DNA of 63,653 nt, filler included, from Kipferlia bialata (GCA_003568945.1; 8 parts of 8 records of this genome joined end to end with filler, not necessarily neighbours in it); one strand, 5' to 3'; positions 13,301-25,992 are shown, numbered from the whole stretch's first letter. The notes: generated from the sequence alone by a model not told the origin. Translations and numbers: made by a program.

Positions 13301-15110
13301 ACGTTCTATGTATCAGTTTACTAATTACCTTTCCCTGTGCATACACACCCTCACCCCCAGGGAGCAGAAGACCCTCCTCCTCTCCACCCTTGGCAAGCTC
13401 TGCCTATCACAGCACAGAGAGGTGTCCAATGCAGCAGTGCAGTCTCTGCTGGAGTTTGTCCAGATGCGCCCCTCCACCAACTTCCCCCCCGTGCTGCGTG
13501 TGCTGACTGACTGTCTGTGTGTGTCTGTGACTACGGATGAGGCCTCCATGACAGGGGTCAAGCTGTTCAGCGGGGTGTGCCTGAGTGCCAGGGAGTATCT
13601 GGCACAGGTTGAGGGCAAGAGTGAGGCAGAGAGGGAGAGGGAGAGAGACAGGGACAGGGACATGGACGTGTCTGTCTCCAAGTGCGTGGGTGCATGCTTA
13701 GCCTACCTAGCCAGGGGGGAGTGCTATGTGAGGCAGGAGGCCCTTACTACCATAGTGACACTAGATAGACTGACTGTGCTGAGAGAGGAGGCCATGGGTA
13801 GGGAGGCAGAGGGGGACAGGATGGCATGCGTCATGCTGCCCCAGGCTGACCTGGATGGCCTAGGTGGGGGTGTGACTGAGGCTGACATAGAGGGCGTGTA
13901 CCCCCCTGCCCTGGCCAGACTCCACCAGTACACCCTATCCACACAGCCACTCCCAAGGAACATCGAAAGGACTATCAAGGTACATGCCTGTGACACTATA
14001 CATGTGGAGAGAGAGAGAGTGGTCTGGCTGTACATGGATATGTTATACATATATCTCAGTGCAGGACTCCGTGTGCCGTCTGTCCCTCATTATCACTGCT
14101 ATAGTATATCTCTATACTCTCTCTCTCTCCATACCCTCATGTCCAGGATGCCGTGTGCTGCCTGTTCCTCATTATCATTGCTATATATATATCTTAGATA
14201 TCTTATCTATACTCTATATATATTATCCCTCTATCTCTCCATACCCTCATGTCCAGGATGCCGTGTGCTGTCTCTCCCCCTGCCTTGTGCACATGGCTGC
14301 CAAGGGTGCAGTCTCAGTGGATAGGGAGGCATGGGCCAATGGTGTATCCACCTCTGAGCCCAAGCCCCTCTCCGAGACACAGTCCGTATCCACCCTAGGC
14401 AGACACAAGGGGGTGAGGGGGGTGTCAGTCCCAATGGCAGAGGGGCCAGCATTCAGTGCATCCCTCAGGTGGGGAGAGGATGATACTATGTATATAGTTG
14501 TATACCATAACCCCCCTGACCCCCAGGTTCTGCATGTCCAACCTGCACACAGCCTGCAAGGGACTGCTGTCGGTGGCAGAGTCATACGCCATAGCAGGTG
14601 GGTACATGAAGGGATACACAATATGTATACAAACCACATGTCATGTATTCAAGAGATATAGTGGCAGAGTCATGCGCCATAAGGTGGGTCGAGTGTGTAT
14701 GTCAACTGGCTAGTTGGCTGTATTTAATAACAGACGTAATTACTCTATCCATACCCTCACCCCCCAGACGAGGCCTCGAGCATTCTGAATGTAGTATATA
14801 CAGTCATTGTGTATTTCTATAGTATATATATGTATAGTAGTACCCTCACCCCCCAGACGAGGCATCCAGCATGGCCACGGGTGATGAGATGCACACCGAC
14901 ATCCTGACTGTGGACCATGTGTCTGAGATGGTGCATGCAGTGTTCAGACTCCTTAGACACCCAGCAGCCAGTGTCAGGTGGGATGTGTGTTGTACCTATT
15001 CACATAAACATGTATGCGTATCATACTGACCCCAGGACCCTTGTGCAGCGTGACTGTTCCTACATAGACCCATCCCTGCACGAGTGGCTGGTGGACCAGG
15101 TACTGTCATT

Positions 15111-15147
<37 letters not shown>

Positions 15148-15475
15148 GTGTGTATTCATCTTTAAAAGTGAGTACCACACACCTCTTGCAATGCCCTCAC
15201 CATCAGATCCAGCTGTGGGCCAGGCTGAGACCAAATACACATAACATTGTATATCACGTATAGTATACCCCTGTCACTCCTATCCATATATGACCCACCA
15301 TCAGATCCAGCTGTGGGCCAGACTGAGGCACATGCACGGTGGCGAGGCCGTGGACTCCCAGCACGTGACCCTTCTCCTGATGGGGATGAGACAGAGGGGG
15401 GAGAGCACCAAGAACATCAAGACCGTTGCCACCAAGCCACCCGTGGCTGCCCTGGTCTCTGCATCCCACAAGCAG
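10370..15475 (+). CDS. Furry/Tao3/Mor2-like HEAT/ARM-repeat morphogenesis protein, partial
   Basis: Many in-phase exons encoding a helical repeat protein. GVLRHAMCDALSGML...KWAKKAKHRLSAWSLQTSMCAL, AALGCFPFVV, LCLSQHREVSNAAVQSL and VGACLAYLARGECYVRQEAL resemble the MOR2-PAG1 N-terminal region. Confidence 0.6.
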
Positions 15476-16044
15476 GTGGGGGGGGGGGGGGACTCATGAG
15501 ATAGGATACTGATACACAGAAAGTNNNNNNNNNNNNNNNNNNNNNNNNNNNNNNNNNNNNNNNNNNNNTTAATTAATTAANNNNNNNNNNNNNNNNNNNN
15601 NNNNNNNNNNNNNNNNNNNNNNNNTTCCCCCCCCGCCCCAGTACCCTTTCTCATCTGACCCCCCCCCCCCCCTCTCTCTCTCCTGTATATATGTTTGTTT
15701 ATATATTTATACTGTTTACAAATACCAGTCTCCCCTCCTTCTCTCTGGGGTCCTGTCTCATCTGACTATCTCTCTCTCCCTCTCTCTCTATCTCTACATA
15801 TATTCTAACCTAAGTGGGTGTCGGCCTCTCCTCCTTCTTTTGTGATTTCTCTCTCCCCCTATCTCTCCCTCTCTCTCTGTATATACATAGTTATGCTTAC
15901 TGTAGTGGGCGTTGGTCTCCCCTCCTTCTCCGGTGCCCTGACTCATTCTGACTCTCTCTCTCGCTCTCTCTCTTTATATATATATAAATATATGCATGTA
16001 TATATATTCATTCATTTATATATATATATATAATCTGATACCAG

Positions 16045-17228
16045 TGGGCGTAGGTCTCCCCTCCTTCTCCGGTGCCCTGTCCCACCTGACCCTGCCCCAT
16101 GAACTGCCAGACCCATCCACCCTGCCACAGTGCTTCCCATTGCCAGGTATGTATATATATATATAGATAGATATAGGTAGATAGATGGATGGATGGATAT
16201 ATGGATAGATAGATATACCAGACCCTTCCACCCTGCCACAGTACTTCCCATTGCCAGGTAGGAATATATATGTATATGGATATATGTAGAGATATATACA
16301 GAGAGAGTATACAATTACATACATGCATAGCCCTCACCCCCAGGTGTGTATGTATATATAGGTATATTTACATATATTTACATACATATCCATGCAGCCC
16401 TCACCTCCAGGCGGAGGGTCTCTCAGTGGAAACTGGATAAGCATGGAGAGAACTAGGTAGATATAGACACACACATATATATATAGATATATATATTTAG
16501 CATATATATATCATATATATAGGATCAGCATGGACAGAACCAGGTAGATATAGACTATACACTGTGTATATGGTTAGATTATAAATGGATTAGATTATTA
16601 ATAGGTTATATATAGAATAGATTATATAAACCTCTGCTACATAGGAGATCACATCTATATATATTAGCTTGTCTGTTTGTATACTTACTCCCAGGGCCCA
16701 GGAGGCCGGCCTTATCCCCCCTCCCTACTCTGATGATGGACAGGATGGGGATGGGGAGAGAGAGGATGACGAGGACAGAGAGGTCCTGGTGTACGTGGCA
16801 GACTCCAGGCTCATGAGGGGTGGGTATATGAGTGTGTATGTATATGTATATGCATATGTATATAATAGGTATGTGTGTATATGGACAGAGAGGTCCTGGT
16901 GTACGTGGCAGACTCCAGGCTGATGAGAGGTGGGTGGGTGTATATATATAGTAGTTATGTATACTTGCTGATGTAATCTCTTAGGTACATACGTGGCAGA
17001 CTCCAGGCTGATGAGAGGTGGGTATATATGTATATATGTGTGTGTATTGGTATATATACGTGATAGACTCCAGGCTGATGGGAGGTATATGTATACTGTG
17101 TTTCTTTAGTACTTACTTATGTAATCACTTACTGATCTTCTCTCTTTGATAAATACGTTGCTGACTCCAGGCTGATGAGAGGTCTACATTGGTATACATA
17201 CATATACTCATATAAGCCTCTTCTGCAT

Positions 17229-17270
<42 letters not shown>

Positions 17271-17724
17271 CCCCCCCCCTCTCTCTCATTCCAGGTGCCT
17301 TCAGCAACATCAGGCCTGGGTCACCCATGAGTCCCACACCTGGGTGCATGAGCAGGTATGTATTTGTATATATAGATAGATTGATCGATAGATACATATA
17401 TAAATATGAGTCCAACCCCAGGGTGCATGAGCAGGTACACACACACACACATATATATGTATTATGTATTAGTACATGAATATTGATATACTTATAGATA
17501 TATCCAAGTCCCAGGATGAAGACACCAACAGCATCATCATCATACTCTCTCTCTCTCTATTTCTATAGTGTTCTTATTAATAGGGCCTCCAACACCGATG
17601 CCGAGTCCCAGGATGAGGAGATCATACAACTAGTCTCACCCAGGGGAGGGCACTGCAGGACATTCTCAGGTATTATTATATGTATATGTATTATATATAT
17701 TATAGATATAGATATAGATATAGA

Positions 17725-17755
<31 letters not shown>

Positions 17756-19446
17756 TATATACAGCAGGTGTCACCCAGGGGAGGGCACTGCAGGACATTC
17801 TCGGGTATGCACATGTATATATGTTATATATTGTGTATTTATGTATATATGTATTTGCAATCATGTGTTTTAGTATGATATTGTGTATATACAGTCTCAT
17901 CTTGCCCCCAGGCCGCTTCATCTCCCAGTCCATCCATTGATATATTTTTGGATTATAGTGTCACAGTACATATAGTATGTGACAGAGTGTACGCTATATT
18001 ACCATAACACCTTACCCCCAGGACGCTTCATCTCCCAGTCCCCCCTGTCCATGGGAGGAGAGGTGGAGACATTCAGAGGGTATGTATATCTACTATGTGT
18101 ATATAATATGCACTGTATATGTATACATAGGGTATATACTAGTCCCCCCTGTCCATGGGTCCAGAGGTGGAGACATTCAGAGGGTGTGTATATCTACTAT
18201 NNNNNNNNNNNNNNNNNNNNNNNNNNNNNNNNNNNNNNNNNNNNNNNNNNNNNNNNNNNNNNNNNNNNNNNNNNNNNNNNNNNNNNNNNNNNNNNNNNNN
18301 NNNNNNNNNNNNNNNNNNNNNNNNNNNNNNNNNNNNNNNNNNNNNNNNNNNNNNNNNNNNNNNNNNNNNNNNNNNNNNNNNNNNNNNNNNNNNNNNNNNN
18401 NNNNNNNNNNNNNNNNNNNNNNNNNNNNNNNNNNNNNNNNNNNNNNNNNNNNNNNNNNNNNNNNNNNNNNNNNNNNNNNNNNNNNNNNNNNNNNNNNNNN
18501 NNNNNNNNNNNNNNNNNNNNNNNNNNNNNNNNNNNNNNNNNNNNNNNNNNNNNNNNNNNNNNNNNNNNNNNNNNNNNNNNNNNNNNNNNNNNNNNNNNNN
18601 NNNNNNNNNNNNNNNNNNNNNNNNNNNNNNNNNNNNNNNNNNNNNNNNNNNNNNNNNNNNNNNNNNNNNNNNNNNNNNNNNNNNNNNNNNNNNNNNNNNN
18701 NNNNNNNNNNNNNNNNNNNNNNNNNNNNNNNNNNNNNNNNNNNNNNNNNNNNNNNNNNNNNNNNNNNNNNNNNNNNNNNNNNNNNNNNNNNNNNNNNNNN
18801 NNNNNNNNNNNNNNNNNNNNNNNNNNNNNNNNNNNNNNNNNNNNNNNNNNNNNNNNNNNNNNNNNNNNNNNNNNNNNNNNNNNNNNNNNNNNNNNNNNNN
18901 NNNNNNNNNNNNNNNNNNNNNNNNNNNNNNNNNNNNNNNNNNNNNNNNNNNNNNNNNNNNNNNNNNNNNNNNNNNNNNNNNNNNNNNNNNNNNNNNNNNN
19001 NNNNNNNNNNNNNNNNNNNNNNNNNNNNNNNNNNNNNNNNNNNNNNNNNNNNNNNNNNNNNNNNNNNNNNNNNNNNNNNNNNNNNNNNNNNNNNNNNNNN
19101 NNNNNNNNNTATGTATATTCTAACATCCAGCCACAAGAAGACCATGTCCACCATCGAGGCCAGTCCCGTGAGGTCAATGAACCCAGTATGTGACACCAGA
19201 TATGCCAGGTACCCTTAGTGTGTAGTATTTGTTCTCACTTGCGTTTTCTGATCTACAACAGTCAATATGAGGTGATATTCCCTAACAATAGGTCACCTGA
19301 GTCCAACTTCTCGACTCGCTATATTGCCAGACACACACATATATATATATTGTTGCATTCTCTAACAATAGGTCCCCCGAGTCCAACTTCTCCACCGAGA
19401 TGCCGTCCCACACCATCATACTGGGGTCAGGCTCAGACTAAGGTGA
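16045..19446 (+). CDS. Hypothetical protein, 3' part, multi-exon, spanning an assembly gap
   Basis: Exons with canonical sites (VGVGLPSFSGALSHL..., AQEAGLIPPPYSDDG...VLVYVADSRLMR, ...EEIIQLVSPRGGHCRTFSG, SHKKTMSTIEASP...); no recognisable domain. Confidence 0.4.
18201..19109. other. Intra-scaffold assembly gap
   Basis: About 900-nt N run with no linker; the long X-filled ORFs in the track are artefacts of it. Confidence 0.95.
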
Positions 19447-19456
19447 TAGACAGAGG

Positions 19457-19494
<38 letters not shown>

Positions 19495-19671
19495 ATCATA
19501 CTGAGGTCAGGCTCAGACTCAGGAAGAGAGAGAGGGCGGGGGGGGTATGATAGGAGAGAGAAAGAGAAAGGGGGGGGGGGGGGGGGGAGGAGGAGGAGAA
19601 GAGAGAGGGAGAGAGAGAGAGAGAGCATGTGAGTGATCCGCATCTCTTGTATCCATAATAGTATCTTACAT

Positions 19672-19931
19672 ACCATCCTGAGGCGGAAGGGGATCTGCAC
19701 AGACACGCCCTTCTTGCACTTGCGGCAGTGGGGCAGGACCATGGCAGCAACAGCCATGGCAATGATGGTGGCAGTGTGCTTGTTGGACACATTGTGGACA
19801 CGCAGCATCCAGGCCACAAAGGCCACAGCCGCCACTGGCACCACAAGGTGGATCAGCACCACGAGGAACCCCTTAACGGGGCACCCCTTCATAGGGCACT
19901 GGCCACACTTCTTGGACTTGCAGAAGGGCAT
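19672..19931 (-). CDS. Small Cys/Lys-rich protein with two hydrophobic segments; gene structure uncertain
   Basis: MPFCKSKKCGQCPMKGCPVKGFLVVLIHLVVPVAAVAFVAWML...TIIAMAVAAMVLPHCRKCKKG; downstream exons not resolved. Confidence 0.35.
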
Positions 19932-20350
19932 ACCGAAGAGAGAGGAGTGGCAACAAAGACCTTGAACGAATCTCCGAATCACAACCCTCGGATGATGCGT
20001 TTGGATCAACCCTTTTCACTCGTACACCAACACTATTTGACACCTCTCTATTCACCCATACAAAAGTAATCACTCCCTGGGACCCCATTATCTCGCATCT
20101 TGTTGCATAGCACGACATACTCAAGAGCCAATCGGGGTGTCCAATCCAGATCATAGAGGTTATGTCAACACAGGGGCATAGCGCGCCGCATCACAAGCAC
20201 CCGTCCTCGAAGTGATCAGAGAACCTAGGAGCATCACCAGTAGATCCCCGGCGTGAACCACCGGTTCTAACTGGCCAGACAGCAACGCGTCGACGGGCAT
20301 GGACTCACCTAGGCGGGTGCAGAGGCGTCTGTCTGATAGATAGACATATA

Positions 20351-21806
20351 TCAGTCGAGTTCCCACCCGAATGACACCCTGCCCATCCCCGTTGACACCT
20401 CCACCTCTGCCACGTCTGATGCATCAGTGTCACCCACAGTGCATGTGACATGGGCAGGCTTGTCTGTCTCACACACAGCCTCCGTGCCCTCAGAGGTGAC
20501 ACTACCCATCAGGGCACGGGCGTCGAAGGATATGCCCTCACACCCGTCAATGTCCAGGTCCACCGACCCCCTAGAGGTATGTACCACTGCCTCATAGGGA
20601 CATGAAGAGAGAGAGGCAGAGACACTACCCCCTGACGAGTCCACAGAGAGACCACCCACGCTGCCCTCCAGCTCCAACCCACTCCAGATACCCCCCTGGG
20701 TGAAGACGACATCGCCTGGACACTCGAGGCCTGATACAGAGACAGCACCGGAGTGGGTCTCGACGTTGACGGCTGCGGCGACGGAGAGGGGCCCTGGGAT
20801 GGATACACCCCCGTAGCCCGTGGTGACACCGAGGAAGGACAGGGCGGCTGGGCAGTCGGAGGAGTCTGTGTACCCCACACAGGAGACAGTCACAGAGCCT
20901 ATGCCAGTGCTGAGATACAGACCGGCACCTGAAGGTGAGTGGGGAGGGGGGGGGGGGAGAGAGAAAGAGAGACTCTTTCTTTCTTCTGCACAACTGTCTG
21001 TGTCACCCACCTGACTCAAATGATGGTATGTACACTGTGGTGTCTGCCTTGACACAGGATGTGAGGCCCCCCTCCTGCTCCACCCTGATGCCCAGCTGCG
21101 TGGCATCCTCAGAGTTGATGTCCACGAGGGAGAAGCCACTGTCACCCTGAGCATGAGGCATAAAGAGAACAATAATACATCTCAGCGCATATAGTGGTGG
21201 CACTACAGATATAGGTGACTCACCTGGTCGAACAGTGTCATGCCATGATATACATAGGTAGCAGTGCATACAATGCCATAGTACTTCGAGAAACTATAAG
21301 ACAGAGATGTCTCACCTGCTCGTACAGCGTCATGTCCACGGTGACACTGGACACAGAGGCAGGGGGGGAGGACATGGTGGGGGAGAAGAAGACCAGATTA
21401 ATGTCCCCGTTGGCCAGTGTGACGTTGTAGGTGGATGAGGGGCTGTACGCATATGCCCTGGCCTCCGATGATGCCACATCACTGGCAAGGCTGCACATGA
21501 CATACCCCATGGTCACCACGGGGTACCAGCCAACAACCACAGCGACGCAGAGTACCACTGCTACGGCAGAGAGCACCACCCACTTGACAGAGCAGAACCC
21601 GGCAATGCCCTTGGCCTTGGAGGCTGAGGCCCCTGATGCCTCATCTGAGTCAGCTGTCCCAGGCACAGGGGCCACAGACAGCACCAGGGGGTAGCTGGCA
21701 CTGCTCGTCTCAACCAGCTTATAGGGGGCCCGGGGGAGGGGGGCTGACACGTACATACAACAACTCTAGAGAGACCACCTGAAGGCTGTCTGTCCTCCAT
21801 TTTCAT
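20351..21806 (-). CDS. Single-pass membrane protein with DUF4097-like beta-strand repeats, about 4 exons
   Basis: TM segment WVVLSAVAVVLCVAVVVGWY followed by repeats VTLANGDINL, LSTGIGSVTV, VTTGYGGVSI, VETHSGAVSV, VDSSGGSVSA, VHTSRGSVDL, VSTGMGRVSF; TGA at 20351. Confidence 0.65.
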
Positions 21807-21929
21807 TTTGGCAGGTTGAAAAGGGGTCAGAAGCAATGATGGCATGCCTCCATCTCTTTGATGTACTCTGAGGGGACCACTGGCTTCCCACTCCTTCCAC
21901 ACTGGTGTATCTTGTCCAGTGGTAGTTGA

Positions 21930-23909
21930 ATGTCTGGTGATGACGGGAGAGAGAGCCCCCGTGTGTATGTGAGGGGCATTCACGATGCCGTTAGCATAGG
22001 TACCCGTACCCCCAGTGGGACCACCTTGACCACGTCCAGTGCCCTCAACGATCATCTGTGCACAGTGGTAGATGCTCTGGGACAGTCACTGCGCTATGTG
22101 CATGTCTTCTTCACCAACCTGTATCTGGACACCCTTGGCAGTCCGGACCACCCTTCAGACGATACGCCCATATACCCAGAGGATGCGTGGCGGCAGCTGA
22201 GCACAGCCATATTCATGGATGAGTCTCTGTTGGATGGAGTGTCGAGTCTCTATGAGTGGGGACCCTCCCACTTCGCCAAGTTGCGGCAGTCTCTCTCACA
22301 TGGCACTTCACCTGATAGCAACCCCCTCCTTAGCCTGCTCTCCGATGCCCACAGACTGTCTCTGAGTGGGTCTGTGCCTACCTCCACCTCTGTCCCTGAT
22401 GCCCCCCTCCCCATGCCCCTGTGTCTGCAGAAGGGGGTAGCCGAGGCAAAGGCTAAAGAGATTGTACTCCTAGGCAGGGTGATCAGGGAGACTGTCCCCC
22501 TAAGCACCCCTAGTGTAGGTGATATTCAACCAGCTGTTGTAGACTTTGGAGCCGGCAAGGGGTATCTCTCCCACTACATAGCTGAGACCACCCCCTATAC
22601 AGCTGTTGCACTGGAGGGGAGTAGGGCTCATACCCAGAGGCTGCTCAAGAGAACAGTGCAGCTGTTTGGGAAGAATGGGGCCTGGGGAAAGAGAGGCAGG
22701 TCTGGGCCGGGAAGAGAGGGATACACACTCCCTGGGAGACTGGTCTCTAGGTGTGGTCTGGTTGATGGAGATACGTCTCTAGAGGATGTTCAGGCACTAG
22801 TCAGAGGGGAGGGTGAGGGTGTGGGGTTGGATGATGCCATAGTGGATGGACCTGGTGCCAAGAGGATGCAGCAGCAGTATGCGAGGGAGGGGAGAGATGT
22901 GGTTGCACCGCAGAGAGAGACTGGGTGCCCTGTGCAGGGTGTATCTGCTGACACCATATCAACAGGACAGAGAGGTGAGGGACCTGCCCCCTCTTCTGCC
23001 CCGTCTCCCTCCCCCCTGTGTCTGGTGGGTCTGCATGCCTGTGGAGACCTGTCAGCCATGATGTGCCGCATCATGACACACAGACAGAGGCTGAGGGGGA
23101 CTGGTACCCGGCACTCCCTCATCACTGTGCCCTGTTGCTACACCCACCTCACCCCTGCCCACTTCCCCTTGTCACAGGGTATGAGAGAGAGACTCCATCT
23201 GTCTGAGGAGATGTCCCTCCCATACTCCTCAGTCACACTCCCGTCATCCCCTCTCCCCTATACCGTAGGTGGGGACCTTCTTAATGCCGCCAACCAGTAC
23301 ATGGGTAGGGCTAGTAGGATGAGGGGAGGCCTCGGGTCCTTTGTGGCGAGGGCAGGTTTGCAGAGGCTCATCAAGCTGCACTTCCCTGGCCATGACACCA
23401 TGAGACGCATCATAGTGCAGGACAAGGCCCCCCAGATGCCATGGGATGTAGTGCGGCACTGGCTGTGTGTAGGGGCTGGTGGTGAGGAGGGTAACGCGGC
23501 TGTCTCCTCCAACCTGGACGCCCTGGCTGAGTGGGCCCATAGGGTGCTTCGCTCTCTCCCAGACAGGCCCTGCTCCCAGACGCCCAACCCCTACCTATCC
23601 CCCTCCACCCCTGACCTCTCTTTAAAGTGGTGCAGAGAGCAGTTCACCACTGTGCTGCAGAGGACGTGGGAGATGGGTGCCTGTATGCTGGCCAGGGCTG
23701 CTGTGGGTCAGATGATGGAGACATTCATACTTCTGGACAGGGCAGTCTATCTCGCGGAGAACTCTCCATCTGACTCCTCTGTCTGTGTGTTCCCAGTCTT
23801 TCCCCTTAGCCTCTCCCCCAGGTCCCGGGCAGTGTGTGTGGTTCCCTCCACTGACACAGAGAGGATAGAGGATATGATGGGAGTTGGTCCCGCAGTGGAC
23901 AAGATATAA
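21930..23909 (+). CDS. METTL25/RRNAD1-like SAM-dependent methyltransferase, single exon, 659 aa
   Basis: KAKEI, VVDFGAGKGYLS (motif I), LVGLHACGDLS, VPCCY, ETFILLDRAVYL and LSPRS motifs of the Methyltransf_32 family. Confidence 0.85.
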   Translation: MSGDDGRESPRVYVRGIHDAVSIGTRTPSGTTLTTSSALNDHLCTVVDALGQSLRYVHVFFTNLYLDTLGSPDHPSDDTPIYPEDAWRQLSTAIFMDESLLDGVSSLYEWGPSHFAKLRQSLSHGTSPDSNPLLSLLSDAHRLSLSGSVPTSTSVPDAPLPMPLCLQKGVAEAKAKEIVLLGRVIRETVPLSTPSVGDIQPAVVDFGAGKGYLSHYIAETTPYTAVALEGSRAHTQRLLKRTVQLFGKNGAWGKRGRSGPGREGYTLPGRLVSRCGLVDGDTSLEDVQALVRGEGEGVGLDDAIVDGPGAKRMQQQYAREGRDVVAPQRETGCPVQGVSADTISTGQRGEGPAPSSAPSPSPLCLVGLHACGDLSAMMCRIMTHRQRLRGTGTRHSLITVPCCYTHLTPAHFPLSQGMRERLHLSEEMSLPYSSVTLPSSPLPYTVGGDLLNAANQYMGRASRMRGGLGSFVARAGLQRLIKLHFPGHDTMRRIIVQDKAPQMPWDVVRHWLCVGAGGEEGNAAVSSNLDALAEWAHRVLRSLPDRPCSQTPNPYLSPSTPDLSLKWCREQFTTVLQRTWEMGACMLARAAVGQMMETFILLDRAVYLAENSPSDSSVCVFPVFPLSLSPRSRAVCVVPSTDTERIEDMMGVGPAVDKI

Positions 23910-24131
23910 ATGCGTAGAGGTTTCATTTTCTTGGAAAGGATGCACTGTCTTAAGTTTGCTAGTGTGGTCACGGAGTGGTGACATGTCTATCACAGGCAGG
24001 TTGAGATGATTTGTTTTTTACTGAGGGGTGTAGAACGGCAGAGTCAGTGACAGCTCGCTCTATCCAACGAGAGACTTGTCAGTGACAGTAACACTTGTCT
24101 TCCTGGATTAGGCGAAGAGCGCTGGGGACAC

Positions 24132-25409
24132 ATGTTAAGTGGTGTGTTACCCAAGGTTTTGGGCGTGTCTCTGTGGCTATGTGTGCTGGCAGTGGTCTGC
24201 ACTGCAGCAAGTGCTGCCACCCCCCTATTGCAGCCAACCAGTGACTCTGTGGCACAGGCCGGGTGGAGTGTGAGCATTGCGGGTGACTGGATGGCCGCTG
24301 GCTCCTTTTCGAGTACAGGGGCAGTCTTCCTGTACCACTCCACTGAGACCAGTGGGTGGACACTCCACACTGTCATAGGTCCCCCCTCAGACAGTAAGGG
24401 AGACTACATCTACTTCGGTGAGCATGTGGCTCTGTCTGAGTCTCCACTGCGCCTGGCTATATCTTCCAATGGAGAGGACGTGGGCTGGCACAGCCATGTG
24501 GGTGTGGTGTACACATACGTGTATGATGGGTCTGCCTGGGTGGAGGAGCAGAGGATAGAGCCCAAGCACACATCTGGTGTGGACTATGGATGCAACGGAG
24601 TGGCCCTGCACGGCAGCACCCTCATTGCCAGTGGGAGTGAGGGGGACTACTTCTTCATGTCAACGTACTCCTCCAAGCACAGCAAGTGGAATGACTTGGA
24701 GAAGGTGTCATTCAAGCACCACGAGCTCATCCAAGCCGCCCTCTCGCTCTCCTATCCATACCTAGCTGTTGGATCCCCCGAGGACCTCTCTGGTGTTGGT
24801 TCTGTCCTTCTGTTTGACATGTCTGTGAGTGACTGGACAGACCACCCTACTGTGCTCTCGAGCCCCTCTGGCAATGCCAGCAGTCACTTTGGACAGTCTG
24901 TGTCTGTGACAGCATCGGGTACAGTGGTTGTGGGGGAGACATACGGTGGGAGTGGGGGGATAGGGCAAGCCCACCTATACGACCTGGACCAGTCTGGCTC
25001 TTCCCCCTCTTGGTCTTTGAGAGAGACATTGGAGGGTGCCACCTTCCACGATGAGTATGGCTCATCTGTGTGTCTGTCCTCCAGTGCGCAGACCCTCGCC
25101 GTTGCATTCAATATGACAGGCGCTGTGGATATGTATGACTGTGGTTCTGTCGGCAGTGACTCGGGCTGTGAGTACATCCGGACCTTCAGACCAGAGCATG
25201 GAGAGTACACCATGGATGAGGGGCTCAAGACTATTGGGTTCGGTACCAGCTTGGTATTCGACGAGACACACGACCTCTTACTTGTGGGATCTCCAGAGTG
25301 TTCATACATTGAGACTAACGGGAGTAAGGGGGCCACTAAGGCTGGGGCCTTGTATTTGGAAGAGGTTGGTTTCAACGTCACGTCAGGCCACGCATTTGGT
25401 ATGTATTAG
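24132..25409 (+). CDS. Secreted FG-GAP-repeat beta-propeller protein, single exon, 425 aa
   Basis: Signal peptide; repeats AGWSVSIAGDWMAAGS, FGEHVAL, YLAVGSP, FGQSVSV..VVVGE, YGSSVCL, FGTSLVF..LLLVGSP...GALYL. Confidence 0.8.
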   Translation: MLSGVLPKVLGVSLWLCVLAVVCTAASAATPLLQPTSDSVAQAGWSVSIAGDWMAAGSFSSTGAVFLYHSTETSGWTLHTVIGPPSDSKGDYIYFGEHVALSESPLRLAISSNGEDVGWHSHVGVVYTYVYDGSAWVEEQRIEPKHTSGVDYGCNGVALHGSTLIASGSEGDYFFMSTYSSKHSKWNDLEKVSFKHHELIQAALSLSYPYLAVGSPEDLSGVGSVLLFDMSVSDWTDHPTVLSSPSGNASSHFGQSVSVTASGTVVVGETYGGSGGIGQAHLYDLDQSGSSPSWSLRETLEGATFHDEYGSSVCLSSSAQTLAVAFNMTGAVDMYDCGSVGSDSGCEYIRTFRPEHGEYTMDEGLKTIGFGTSLVFDETHDLLLVGSPECSYIETNGSKGATKAGALYLEEVGFNVTSGHAFGMY

Positions 25410-25898
25410 TTCTGGATGGAGACTGCAGAGGCCACTAGCAGCAGTTTCTATTTCTTCGTGTAGATCCCCTCCTGGGTGAATGTGTTAGTATTGTAATATA
25501 TGTACGTGTCACGGTGTTATTGATAGCGTCACCGTCCTGAAATAGTTACGAAACACGTACAAGTATAGTGATATACTCTACTAACCCTTTGAATGCTCCA
25601 CTGTGCTCATATCCTGTTGGCAAGAAGCTAGTCAGTGGAATCAAGAGAGAACTAAAAATAGAATACCCAAACAATAAACTGGTCACGATTTGTATTTGGC
25701 TTCATTGCTATTTTTGCCCTCATCCCGAACAACCGCCACTCCCTTTTCTGAACAAGAAATGGCTCGCACCAAGCACACATCTGCTCGCAAGACCACCGNN
25801 NNNNNNNNNNNNNNNNNNNNNNNNNNNNNNNNNNNNNNNNNNTTAATTAATTAANNNNNNNNNNNNNNNNNNNNNNNNNNNNNNNNNNNNNNNNNNNN

Positions 25899-25949
<51 letters not shown>

Positions 25950-25992
25950 TATGGAAATTACACCTGTATAGTAGTATTGTCAGTGTATCTAC

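Noticed and set aside
17979..19218. ORFs of 300-400 aa in several frames
   Set aside because: They only span the N gap.
23907..23909. Possible TAA/TAG-to-Gln recoding as in hexamitid diplomonads
   Set aside because: Conserved genes end at TAA or TAG (METTL25-like, BIVM, epimerase) and no in-frame TAR codons were seen in conserved exons.
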